From Eledone cirrhosa (taxonomy: Eukaryota): DNA of 64,000 bases. Positions 25,203 through 38,786 of the stretch are shown here, piece after piece. The position numbers were made by a program, and so were the translations under genes. The DNA is taken from NCBI GenBank assembly GCA_964016885.1, contig OZ024745.1, positions 10,354,001 through 10,418,000 on the forward strand, in the 5' to 3' direction. Under the pieces are notes generated by a model, which was given only the letters and a program-made list of their open reading frames with translations, did no database searches and was not told where the DNA came from. The first letter of the stretch is position 1. Each line of letters opens with the position of its first letter.

Positions 25203-27118
25203 TGAGATAGACAACAGTCTAACCACTGAGATAGACAACAGTCTAGTCACTGAGATAGACAACAGTCTAACCAATGAGATAGACAACAGTCTAACCACTG
25301 AGATAGACAACAGTCTAATCACTGAGATAGACAACAGTCTAACCACTGAGATAGACAACAGTCTAACCAATGAGATAGACAACAGTCTAACCACTGAGAT
25401 AGACAACAGTCTAATCACTGAGATAGACAACAGTCTAATCACTGAGATAGACAACAGTCTAACCACTGAGATAGACAACAGTCTAACCACTGAGATAGAC
25501 AACAGTCTAACCACTGAGACAGACAACAGTCTAACCACTGAGACAGACAACAGTCTAACCACTGAGATAGACAACAGTCTAACCACTGAGATAGACAACA
25601 GTCTAGTCACTGAGATAGACAACAGTCTAGCCACTGAGATAGACAACAGTCTAACCAATGAGATAGACAACAGTCTAGTCACTGAGATAGACAACAGTCT
25701 AATCACTGAGATAGACAACAGTCTAACCACTGAGATAGACAACAGTCTAGTCACTGAGATAGACAACAGTCTAGTCACTGAGATAGACAACAGTCTAACC
25801 ACTGAGATAGACAACAGTCTAATCACTGAGATAGACAACAGTCTAACCACTGAGATAGACAACAGTCTAACCACTGAGATAGACAACAGTCTAACCACTG
25901 AGATAGACAACAGTCTAATCACTGAGATAGACAACAGTCTAATCACTGAGATAGACAACAGTCTAATCACTGAGATAGACAACAGTCTAGTCACTGAGAT
26001 AGACAAGTCTAACCACTGAGATAGACAACAGTCTAACCACTGAGACAGACAACAGTCTAACCACTGAGACAGACAACAGTCTAACCACTGAGATAGACAA
26101 CAGTCTAACCACTGAGATAGACAACAGTCTAGTCACTGAGATAGACAACAGTCTAGCCACTGAGATAGACAACAGTCTAGCCACTGAGATAGACAACAGT
26201 CTAACCAATGAGATAGACAACAGTCTAGTCACTGAGATAGACAACAGTCTAATCACTGAGATAGACAACAGTCTAACCACTGAGATAGACAACAGTCTAG
26301 TCACTGAGATAGACAACAGTCTAGTCACTGAGATAGACAACAGTCTATCCACTGAGATAGACAACAGTCTAATCACTGAGATAGACAACAGTCTAACCAC
26401 TGAGATAGACAACAGTCTAACCACTGAGATAGACAACAGTCTAGTCACTGAGATAGACAACAGTCTAGTCACTGAGATAGACAACAGTCTATCCACTGAG
26501 ATAGACAACAGTCTAATCACTGAGATAGACAACAGTCTAACCACTGAGATAGACAACAGTCTAACCACTGAGATAGACAACAGTCTAACCACTGAGATAG
26601 ACAACAGTCTAGCCACTGAGATAGACAACAGTCTAATCACTGAGATAGACAACAGTCTAATCACTGAGATAGACAACAGTCTAGTCACTGAGATAGACAA
26701 GTCTAACCACTGAGATAGACAACAGTCTAACCACTGAGATAGACAACAGTCTAGTCACTGAGATAGACAACAGTCTAACCACTGAGATAGACAACAGTCT
26801 AGTCACTGAGATAGACAACAGTCTAACCACTGAGATAGACAACAGTCTAATCACTGAGATAGACAACAGTCTAATCACTGAGATAGACAACAGTCTAACC
26901 ACTGAGATAGACAACAGTCTAACCACTGAGATAGACAACAGTCTAACCACTGAGATAGACAACAGTCTAGCCACTGAGATAGACAACAGTCTAATCACTG
27001 AGATAGACAACAGTCTAATCACTGAGATAGACAACAGTCTAGTCACTGAGATAGACAACAGTCTAACTACTGAGATAGACAACAGTCTAACCACTGAGAT
27101 AGACAACAGTTTAATCAC
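25203..27118. repeat. 24-bp minisatellite (CTGAGATAGACAACAGTCTAACCA)
   Basis: About 80 tandem units. It is the source of the SISVVRLL ORFs. Confidence 0.97.
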
Positions 27119-28164
27119 CACCTCTCTGTGGAGTCTTGGAAATGTATCTATTTTTCATAAATAAACTTCCATATCCTTGTCACTCAACGGAAGACACATA
27201 ATTAACTATATCTGGAAGCATTCACAAGTAAACTTATTTCAGCTCTGATAATTGCTATGCAAGATCTTATGTGATAAAAATACCTGTCTGCCAACAGTCG
27301 TTATACAAGTGATAGTTGAAACAGATAAGTTACCCTATCATTTAATGAACAACACATTCTGAAACTAAGAGAGAGCAGGTTCAATTTTACTTTACAGCAC
27401 AAATTTCATTTTCAATCACCTTGGCACCTCAGTGGCGCTTTTTGTTTTGAGAATTTTTTTTAATTTCTCTTTCTTTCTGGAATTATTATTGAAACTACCA
27501 AGCAGGAAACATAGTGGGGTGGTAGGAGTGGGAGATTTATTTTATTTTTACTTATTTGTTTAATGTTTTTATAGTAGGTTTGACAGTCTAATCTATCCTG
27601 TTTTAGAACATAAATTTTGGTTGAAATGAAAGGTGATGCCAACATAGAGATTTTACCTGCAGACAAATACTGTCACTGGTAAACTATAAGCTTCAATGTT
27701 CTTATATTAACAATCCAACTACTGACAACCCTCAGATGTCTGTAATCTACTGAAATCACAACTTACACAACAATTTTATTATTTCATTAATAGAAGAAAA
27801 AATATCAAATTTTGTGTAAATTTAGGTGAATTCTTTTTTTTTAATGCTTCTAGAAATTAATTTTTTTTTTCCTATGTTTCTAGAAATTAATCTATTTTGC
27901 ATAAATTTAACTCTTTACATATATTTCTTTATACTAATCACTCAAATGTAAAGTGAGAATATTACCTGTGCTAGTGGCATTGTGCCACTAGGAAAGGTAA
28001 CACCAAAAATGTTAGCCCCACCCAAACTAGTAGTCTGAACATCTGATGGCACACCAACATACATACACTTCCACTTTTTATCTACGATCCACTTCATGCT
28101 GTCACACTCCCACTAGTCTACTCTAAGTGACTATATTTACTACTTTAAAATAATGATCAAACAC

Positions 28165-28340
28165 AGAGGCACAGTTATGGCTGTGGTTAAGCAGTTTGCT
28201 TCATAACCACAGGGTTTCTGATTCAATCCCACTGCATGGCACTTGGGACAAAAGTCTTCTACTATGGCCTTGGGTTGACCAATGTCTTGTGAGTGCAGTT
28301 TGGTAAACAGAAACTGGAGCAGCCCATCGTGTGTGTGTGT
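28165..28340 (+). mobile_element. tRNA-derived SINE family C (octopus-type, ends in (GT)n)
   Basis: TGGCTGTGGTTAAG (A box-like) and GATTCAATCCC (B box-like), then CTTCTACTATGGCCTTGGGTTGACCAATGTCTTGTGAGTG...GAAACTG...GCCCATCGTGTGTG, recalled as an abundant octopus SINE. Confidence 0.65.
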
Positions 28341-29494
28341 GTAAAAAGTAAACCAAAATACAATACGTGTGAATGATACAGTACAATGAAGATATATATT
28401 TGTTTAATGCTTGATATAGAAAGAAAGAGTTAACATTTCAGGTGTTAGTCCTCCATCAGAAGATAGAATGAAGATAGATGAGAGTAAGAGGAGGAAGCAA
28501 CTGAGAAAATTTTTTGATGGGGAAAACGTGTGTTTTAGTCAACTATAAGAGGGTCTTAACATTTCGGATGCTAGACCTCCATCAGAAGAAAGAATGAGAA
28601 ATAAGATAGATTGAGGGGATTGGAATAGGAGATTGGGCATATTGAAGGTACTAGGGTGTGAGTGAAAAATAGACGGGTGAGAAGAAGAAGGTGGTTTAAG
28701 AAGATTGTAGTAGAGGAAAAGTGGTAGAGAGTCATGGACACATACATATATACACACACATTTGTATATGTGTGTCTACACTTGTGAATGTGTTTATGTC
28801 CTATAACCAAAGACTAAGAGAAAGCTCCCTACAGCAACCAATTCAAACATGAACAAAACATATAACAATGTTTTTCTCATCCTTTATGTATTCAAGAAAA
28901 ACAGTAATTTCATAACTTCTTATGTAGTATTTCTATGACTTTCTTATCTGAAATATTGTGGAAATGTTTGTATTATGCTCAAAGACTGCTTGGTTCTTTT
29001 GAAGCTGGAGAATTATTTTTCAGATTGCTAAAAATAAGCTTCTTCAAGAAAGACTTGTGATCTTTTTTTTTCTTTTCTTTTTGTTCTTTCTACCATAGCA
29101 ACCCACCTTTAGTTCATTTTAATCCCTTTGAATGTGTGAAAAGTCTTTGTCAAACCCTTTAAGAGTAGATTATAGAAAGTGTGCATATTTTATTTGATTA
29201 AAATATTTTCCTTTATCCATTAACCTTTTTATGATAATATTTTGATTAACGAAGAATTTGGAAGGATTTACAAAGATAATATTTATAACAGAGGGTTTTT
29301 ATAACATATGTTGGAAAATACTAATTTAAATAGAAATCCTTTTAAAATGGGTGATTTTGTTTTATAGAACCATAGCTGGTTTTAGGTGAGTTATCAAAAG
29401 GATTCCTATTTAAGTTAAAAGTTTCCAACATACATCACACTGGACATGGATCTTATACCATAGCCTTTTGTTTCAGTGATGTGTTACAAATACC

Positions 29495-29817
29495 ATTACG
29501 TCTGCCTTTCCCTGCTTGCAAGGGTGGGACATGGAACTGATTCTGGCTTGATTTCTACAGCTGGATGTCCTTCCTAACACCAACCTCATTTACAGTGAGT
29601 GCTGGGTGCTTTTTTGCCATGACACCTCCACGGCCACTTTGCAGTGGAATGATAGGGACCCCAGTCCCTATCATCTCATTTCTACAGCTGAGTAAACTGG
29701 AGCAATGTGAAATAAAGTGTCTTGCTCAAGGAAACAACACATCACCCGGTCCAAGAATTGAACTCACAACCTTTCGATTGCAAGGCCAATGCTCTAACCA
29801 CTAAGCCATATGCCTCC
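29495..29817 (-). mobile_element. SINE family B (tRNA head plus RTE-derived tail)
   Basis: Near-identical to 47176-47513. Confidence 0.9.
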
Positions 29818-30473
29818 ATCTTAATGAAATAATTAACAATTGAGAAAATCCATCCAAATTCTTCATTAATTCCAATGCAGTGTATTTCATTACAATTATT
29901 GCTCCAGTGCTAGAGTTGATTCTCTCTCTGGAAGAAATTGGCCATGCTGAGACCTGGAGAAAAGATGAGCTCCAAGCAGGTTTAAAATGTCTGACACCCT
30001 TATGACTCCATCTGGAGTTACAGGTACATACATATCATTGTATGCCTGCTTTCAATACTGTCATTGTTTAGAGGACTATAACATACATACATCCTGATTT
30101 TTGGTATGGTTTCTACAGCTGGGTGTCCTTCCTAACACCAACTTCTTTACAGAATGTACTGAATGCATTTTACTGTGGATTGGTTGCAGAAAAGTGGAGT
30201 ACTCTCTTAAATTTTGGTGAATCCTTGTTTCAGCACCAGACACAATATGTGTCATGCTTATTTACATATACCTTGATATGTTTCAAATTCACTAAACTTT
30301 ATTTCACCTGGGGTTCCAATCTTCTGATACCATAGTTTAGGGAATAAAAACCTTGCTTAGTATTGAGATCTAAGGTGAGAGATATCTAAAATGGTCGACT
30401 TCTTTTTAATTACTGCCATCTTATAGGCTAAAGTATAGGAGCCAGACTAAACCTTAATCACCAGAGGAGTAAA

Positions 30474-31924
30474 TCCCACCATGGAGTGGTAGTGTGACAG
30501 AGTTAAGTCAACAGTGATCCCACCATGGGGTGGTAGTGTGACAGAGTTATGTCAACAGTGATCCCACCATGGCGTGGTAGTTTGACAGAGTTATGTCAAC
30601 AGTGATCCCACCATGGGGTGGTAGTGTGACAGAGTTATGTCAACAGTGATCCCACCATGGCGTGGTAGTTTGACAGAGTTATGTCAACAGTGATCCCACC
30701 ATGGGGTGGTAGTGTGACAGAGTTAAGTCAACAGTGATCCCACCATGGCGTGGTAGTTTGACAGAGTTATGTCAACAGTGATCCCACCATGGCGTGGTAG
30801 TTTGACAGAGTTATGTCAACAGTGATCCCACCATGACGTGGTAGTGTGACAGAGTTAAGTCAACAGTGATCCCCCCATGGGGTGGTAGTGTGACAGAGTT
30901 ATGTCAACAGTGATCCCACCATGGGGTGGTAGTGTGACAGAGTTAAGTCAACAGTGATCCCACCATGGCGTGGTAGTGTGACAGAGTTAAGTCAACAGTG
31001 ATCCCACCATGGGGTGGTAGTGTGACAGAGTTATGTCAACAGTGATCCCACCATGGTGTGGTAGTGTGACAGAGTTAAGACAAGAGTGATCCCCCCATGG
31101 CGTGGTAGTTTGACAGAGTTATGACAACAGTGATCCCACCATGGCGTGGTAGTTTGACAGAGTTATGTCAACAGTGATCCCCCCATGGGGTGGTAGTGTG
31201 ACAGAGTTATGTCAACAGTGATCCCCCCATGGGGTGGTAGTGTGACAGAGTTATGTCAACAGTGATCTCCCCCATGGGGTGGTAGTGTGACAGAGTTATG
31301 TCAACAGTGATCCCCCCATGGGGTGGTAGTGTGACAGAGTTATGTCAACAGTGATCCCCCATGGGGTGGTAGTGTGACAGAGTTATGTCAACAGTGATCC
31401 CCCCATGGGGTGGTAGTGTGACAGAGTTATGTCAACAGTGATCCCCCCATGGGGTGGTAGTGTGACAGAGTTATGTCAACAGTGATCCCCCCATGGGGTG
31501 GTAGTTTGACAGAGTTAAGTCAACAGTGATCCCCCCATGGGGTGGTAGTGTGACAGAGTTATGTCAACAGTGATCCCACCATGGGGTGGTAGTGTGACAG
31601 AGTTAAGTCAACAGTGATCCCCCCATGGGGTGGTAGTGTGACAGAGTTAAGTCAACAGTGATCCCCCCATGGGGTGGTAGTGTGACAGAGTTATGTCAAC
31701 AGTGATCCCACCATGGGGTGGTAGTGTGACAGAGTTAAGTCAACAGTGATCCCCCCATGGTGTGGTAGTGTGACAGAGTTAAGTCAACAGTGATCCCCCC
31801 ATGGGGTGGTAGTGTGACAGAGCTAAGTCAACAGTGATCCCACCATGGGGTGGTAGTGTGACAGAGTTATGTCAACAGTGATCCCACCATGGCGTGGTAG
31901 TGTGACAGAGTTATGTCAACAGTG
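30474..31924. repeat. 44-bp minisatellite (GATCCCACCATGGGGTGGTAGTGTGACAGAGTTATGTCAACAGT)
   Basis: Period 44, about 33 units. Confidence 0.97.
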
Positions 31925-32015
31925 CATCACGCAAGATGCTGAGTGAAAAGATGTCATATCAACAGTTAGGATCAAAAGATTTCATTAAATAAAATACTGC
32001 AGCAATTATAGAAGA

Positions 32016-33599
32016 GTAGCACCAGATGTATGTAGCAATGTCAGTCAGTCACAACAGATGTATGTAGCAATGTCAGTGAGTCACACCAGATGTATGTAGC
32101 AATGTACAGTCATTCACACCAGATGTATGTAGCAATGTCAATCAGTTGTACCAGATGTAGCAATGCGTAGTCAGTCACACCAGATGTATGTACCAATGTG
32201 CAGTCAGTCACACCAGATGTATGTACCAATGTCAGTCAGTCACACCAGATGTATGTAACAATGTCAGTCAGTCACACCAGATGTATGTACCAATGTCTGA
32301 GTTACACCAGATGTAGTAATGTGCAGTCAGTCACACCAGATGTATGTACCAATGTCAGTCATTCACACCAGATGTATGTACCACAATGTCAGTCAGTCAC
32401 ACCAGATTATGTAGCAATGTCAGTCAGTCACACCAGATGTATGTACCAATGTCAATCAGTAGCACCAGATGTATGTACCAATGTGCAGTCAGTAGCACCA
32501 GATGTATGTACCAATGTCAGTCAGTCACACCAGATGTATGTACCAATGTGAGTCAGTCATACCAGATGTATGTAACAATGTCAGTCATTCACACCAGATG
32601 TATGTACCACAATGTCAGTCAGTCACACCGGATGTATGTAGCAATGTCAGTCAGTCACACCAGATGTATGTACCAATGTCAGTCAGTCACACCAGATGTA
32701 TGTAGCAATGTCAGTCAGTCACACCAGATGTATGTAGCAATGTCAGTCAGTCACACCAGATGTATGTACCAATGTCAATCAGTAGCACCAGATGTATGTA
32801 CCAATGTGCAGTCAGTAGCACCAGATGTATGTACCAATGTCAGTCAGTCACATCAGATGTATGTACCAATGTCAATCAGTAGCACCAGATGTATGTACCA
32901 ATGTGCAGTCAGTAGCACCAGATGTACCAATGTCAGTCAGTCACACCAGATGTATGTAGCAATGTCAGTCAGTAGCACCAGATGTATGTACCAATGTCAG
33001 TCAGTCACACCAGATGTATGTACCAATGTCAGTCAGTCACACCAGATGTATGTAGCAATGTCAGTCAGTCACACCAGATGTATGTACCAATGTCAGTGAG
33101 TAGCACCAGATGTATGTACCAATGTCAGCCAGTAGCACCAGATGTATGTACCAATGTCAGTCAGTAGCACCAGATGTATGTACCAATGTCAGTCAGTGAC
33201 ACCAGATGTATGTACCAATGTCAGTCAGTGACACCAGATGTATGTACCAATGTCAGTCAGTCACACCAGATGTATGTACCAATGTCAGTCAGTCACACTA
33301 GGTGTATGTAGCAATGTCAATCAGTAGCACCAGATGTTTGTAGCAATGTCAGTCAGTGACACCAGATGTATGTAGCAATGTCAGTCAGTGACACCAGATG
33401 TATGTAGCAATGTCAGTCAGTGACACCAGATGTATGTAGCAATGTCAGTCAGTGACACCAGATGTATGTAGCAATGTCAGTCAGTGACACCAGATGTATG
33501 TAGCAATGTCAGTCAGTGACACCAGATGTATGTAGCAATGTCAGTTAGTGACACCAGATGTATGTAGCAATGTCAGTCAGTCACACCAGATGTATGTAC
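32016..33599. repeat. 32-bp minisatellite (CACCAGATGTATGTACCAATGTCAGTCAGTCA)
   Basis: Period 32. Three units give the 32-aa repeat seen in the ORF track. Confidence 0.95.
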
Positions 33600-33766
33600 T
33601 TCCACTCATACTCTAGTCACCTGTCCTACACCCCTTCACCACCCTCTTCAATACCTGTCCTCTCACTTTTCTAATATACTAACCTCCAATATTCCCTTCC
33701 AAGAGGATCTTATACATTATAAGGGGAAAAATAGATACAATGCATAGTTTAGCATAAACAGCATGA

Positions 33767-36700
33767 ATGGTAGTTTATTGTAGTTTACTATAATACAATG
33801 GTAGGTCTTATGACGTAGTTTAGTATAATACAATGGTAGGAGGTCTTATGACATAGTTTAGTATAATACAATGGTAGGTCTTATGACGTAGTTTAGTATA
33901 ATACAATGGTAGGAGGTCTTATGACGTAGTTTAGTATAATACAATGGTAGGTCTTATGACGTAGTTTAGTGTAATACAATGGTAGGTCTTATGACGTAGT
34001 TTAGTGTAATACAATGGTAGGTCTTATGACGTAGTTTAGTATAATACAATGGTAGGAGGTCTTATGGCGTAGTTTAGTATAATACAATGGTAGGAGGTCT
34101 TATGACGTAGTTTAGTATAATACAATGGTAGGTCTTATGACGTAGTTTAGTATAATACAATGGTAGGAGGTCTTATGACGTAGTTTAGTATAATACAATG
34201 GTAGGCGGTCTAATGACAGTTTAGTATAATACAATGGTAGGTCTTATGACGTAGTTTAGTATAATACAATGGTAGGAGGTCTTATGACGTAGTTTAGTAT
34301 AATACAATGGTAGGCGGTCTAATGACAGTTTAGTATAATACAATGGTAGGTCTTATGACGTAGTTTAGTATAATACAATGGTAGGCGGTCTTATGACGTA
34401 GTTTAGTATAATACAATGGTAGGAGGTCTTATGACAGTTTAGTATAATACAATGGTAGGTCTTATGACGTAGTTTAGTATATACAATGGTAGGTCTTATG
34501 ACGTAGTTTAGTATAATACAATGGTAGGTCTTATGACGTAGTTTAGTATAATACAATGGTAGGAGGTCTTATGACGTAGTTTAGTATAATACAATGGTAG
34601 GTCTTATGACGTAGTTTAGTGTAATACAATGGTAGGTCTTATGACGTAGTTTAGTGTAATACAATGGTAGGTCTTATGACGTAGTTTAGTATAATACAAT
34701 GGTAGGAGGTCTTATGACGTAGTTTAGTATAATACAATGGTAGGAGGTCTTATGACGTAGTTTAGTATAATACAATGGTAGGTCTTATGATGTAGTTTAG
34801 TGTAATACAATGGTAGGTCTTATGACAGTTTAGTATAATACAATGGTATGTCTTATGACGTAGTTTAGTATAATACAATGGTAGGAGGTCTTATGACGTA
34901 GTTTAGTATAATACGATGGTAGGTCTTATGATGTAGTTTAGTATATACAATGGTAGGTCTTATGACGTAGTTTAGTATAATACAATGGTAGGTCTTATGA
35001 CGTAGTTTAGTATAATACAATGGTAGGTCTTATGACGTAGTTTAGTGTAATACAATGGTAGGTCTTATGACGCAGTTTAGTATAATACAATGGTAGAGGG
35101 TCTTATGACGTAGTTTAGTGTAATACAATGGTAGGAGGTCTTATGACGTAGTTTAGTATAATACAATGGTAGGAGGTCTTATGACGTAGTTTAGTGTAAT
35201 ACAATGGTAGGTCTAATGACGCAGTTTAGTATAATACAATGGTAGGAGGTCTTATGACGTAGTTTAGTATAATACAATGGTAGGAGGTCTTATGACGTAG
35301 TTTAGTATAATACAATGGTAGGAGGTCTTATGACGTAGTGTAGTGTAATAAAATGGTAGGTCTTATGATGTAGTTTAGTGTAATACAATGGTAGATCTTA
35401 TGACGTAGTTTAGTGTAATACAATGGTAGGTCTTATGACACAGTTTAGTGTAATACAATGGTAGGAGGTCTTATGACGCAGTTTAGTGTAATACAATGGT
35501 AGGTCTTATGACGTAGTTTAGTGTAATATAATGGTAGGTCTTATGACGTAGTTTAGTGTAATACAATGGTAGGTCTTATGACGTAGTTTAGTGTAATACA
35601 ATGGTAGGTCTTATGACACAGTTTAGTGTAATACAATGGTAGGAGGTCTTATGACACAGTTTAGTGTAATACAATGGTAGGAGGTCTTATGACGCAGTTT
35701 AGTATAATACAATGGTAGGAGGTCTTATGACGTAGTTTAGTATAATACAATGGTAGGAGGTCTTATGACGCAGTTTAGTATAATACAATGGTAGGAGGTC
35801 TTATGACGCAGTTTAGTATAATATAATGGTAGGAGGTCTTATGACGTAGTTTAGTATAATACAATGGTAGGTCTTATGACGTAGTTTAGTGTAATACAAT
35901 GGTAGGTCTTATGACGTAGTTTAGTATAATACAATGGTAGGAGGTCTTATGACGTAGTTTAGTATAATACAATGGTAGGTCTTATGACGTAGTTTAGTGT
36001 AATACAATGGTAGGTCATATGACGTAGTTTAGTATAATACAATGGTAGGTCTTATGACGTAGTTTAGTGTAATATAATGGTAGGTCTTATGACGTAGTTT
36101 AGTGTAATACAATGGTAGGTCTTATGACGTAGTTTAGTGTAATACAATGGTAGGTCTTATGACGTAGTTTAGTGTAATACAATGGTAGGTCTTATGACGT
36201 AGTTTAGTGTAATACAATGGTAGGTCTTATGACGTAGTTTAGTGTAATACAATGGTAGGTCTTATGACGTAGTTTAGTATATACAATGGTAGGTCTTATG
36301 ACGTAGTTTAGTATAATACAATGGTAGGTGTTATGACGTAGTTTAGTGTAATACAATGGTAGGTCTTATGACGTAGTTTAGTATATACAATGGTAGGTCT
36401 TATGACGTAGTTTAGTGTAATACAATGGTAGGTCTTATGACGTAGTTTAGTATAATACAATGGTAGAAGGTCTTATGACGTAGTTTAGTGTAATACAATG
36501 GTAGGTCTTATGACGTAGTTTAGTGTAATATAATGGTAGGTCTTATGACGTAGTTTTGTATAATACAATGGTAGGTCTTATGACGTAGTTTAGTGTAATA
36601 CAATGGTAGGAGGTCTTATGACGTAGTTTAGTGTAATACAATGGTACGAGGTCTTATGACGTAGTTTAGTGTAATACAATGGTAGGAGGTCTTATGACGT

Positions 36701-36835
36701 AGTTTAGTGTAATACAATGGTACGAGGTCTTATGACGTAGTTTAGTGTAATACAATGGTAGGAGGTCTTATGACGTAGTTTAGTGTAATACAATGGTACG
36801 AGGTCTTATGACGTAGTTTAGTGTAATACAATGGT
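33767..36835. repeat. 35/38-bp minisatellite (TAGTTTAGTATAATACAATGGTAGG[AGG]TCTTATGACG)
   Basis: About 85 tandem units in two length variants. Confidence 0.97.
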
Positions 36836-38786
36836 TTTATTCACCAAATTTCACTTGGTTTATATAATGTTTACAATAGAAAGAAGGTGAAAAATTAAAT
36901 AGTATAACTAAGGGAAAGGCAGCTGACACGGAATATCTCTGCTGTGTCCTACAGCCAGCAACAACCACTCCTCCCTCAACATATCTCTGCTGTGTCCTAC
37001 AAGCAAAACATTGAAGGTAATGCCATGAAGAACAACCAGGAACAACCACTACATCAACCACTCCACCTCATGGGATGCACTCCTCACAATTTTGCAAAAG
37101 AAAACGGCAATTGAAGGCCCGAGGACACCAGAGATCATGACAGTGACCGTCATGAAATGGAAGCAGTTGGTCAAGCAGTCAAGTAAAATTATCAATGAAA
37201 AGGAAGCAAATAGGTAAGTTATAACAGTACTGTCAATGGTTTTTAGCTTTCAACTTTAGTAAATTAATCTTATGGAAAGTGAATGAAATTAATATTGAGT
37301 TGCAGTTAATGGTTGAAAGGTATTCTTCACACATTCTAACATTTAATGCTCTTTTTTTCTAAGTGACACATTGAATTAAGAAGAAGAAGAAAAGCAGTCA
37401 TGAAATTATTCTGCTCTATTTTTCATTTAAAACATAATATATTTCTGTTTGTAGAGAGATTTGAAATAATCAAAAGAGACAGCTCAGAAAAATAATTTGG
37501 AGAGAAAGAGACTAAATGAATTTAAAAAAAACAAAAACAATTTTAAAGATGAAATGTAGCAAAGATTCCTGTGCATATTTCTACTGATATTTTCTTTATA
37601 TTTTACCAATAATTTTACAAAATTTAGAAATAAATTTGTACTATCATATACAAAATATTTAACAGTGATAATTTCTGTACTTCATATTCACTGTATGAAG
37701 ATTTATTACATTTATGTGACTACTGTTGGGAGGCTACAGTCTCTGTTGATTGTAGAGAGATGATATAGAGGACTGTAGTGTGGGTGACACAATAATACAC
37801 ACCAAGTCCACTCTGTAAAATGGTAGTGGTGGTGACTAAATAAAATGCACCAAGTCCACTCCGTAAAGTGATGTTGCTGGTGACACAATAAAATACACCA
37901 AGTCCACTCTGTAAGTGGTAGTGTTGCTGCCATGAAAAAATACACCTAGTACACTATATAAGGTGGTTAGTTTGAGGGAGGGCATCCAGCCATAGAAACC
38001 ATGCCAAATATGGAATGTAGGAGTAAGACATGGACACCTGACCAGTCAAGCCTCAGAACTCATCCAACCCATACCAGTATGGAGAGTGGACGTAAAGATG
38101 ACGATGATGATGAATAGATTAAAAATGAGAAGCAATTAAGAAAATGAAATCAGGAGTCTCATGAGTGTAAAGTAAGAGGCTGAAAGCATCTTAAGTAAAA
38201 TGGCACTACTGACCTGTTTAGCTAATTTGTTCATTAAGGAAGGTGTTAATCTCACTAATTAGCAACTTTGTGCTATTATTAACTGCTATAAAAGCAAGGA
38301 AGCTATGTGTGAATTTAGTGAAACTACAGGGAGTAAAGTTAATATGCTAAGTAATAAAGATGAGAAAAATAGTAAAACAGTTGGTTGTTGTATAATACCA
38401 TAAAGATCTAGTGAAATATATTTCTGGTATAGATGACATGAGACAACCTACATGGATACGTAGTTTATAAAGATCTACTGAAATATATTTCTGCTATAGA
38501 GGACATTCTAGTATTTACAGGACAACCGACATGGACAGGCAATTCAACATGGTGTTGCCCCAGCATGGCATCAGTCTGTCGGCTGGAACACAATAGAGTG
38601 GTAGAGGATATCAGAGAAGGTAAAGTTGACATCGGATTTGAAGTGAGAACATAGAAAGTTGGAACTAAATGCGACAACATATTTTGTCCAATGCTCTACC
38701 GATCTTACCAATCTCCTGCCCTTCACCAGTCACCCTCAATTCAATAGTTAATTATTAAGATGACAGAATAGAAATGATTATGTTTA

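Noticed and set aside
25170-27121. SISVVRLL-repeat ORFs (leucine-rich-like)
   Set aside because: 24-bp minisatellite translation, broken by 2-bp deletions.
32198-33167. Cys/His-rich repeat ORFs suggesting zinc fingers
   Set aside because: A 32-bp minisatellite read through all three frames, with no C2H2 spacing.
36954-37213. Possible plus-strand exon (CCTACAG acceptor, AG|GTAAGT donor)
   Set aside because: No convincing open frame or recognisable protein. Such splice-like motifs occur by chance.
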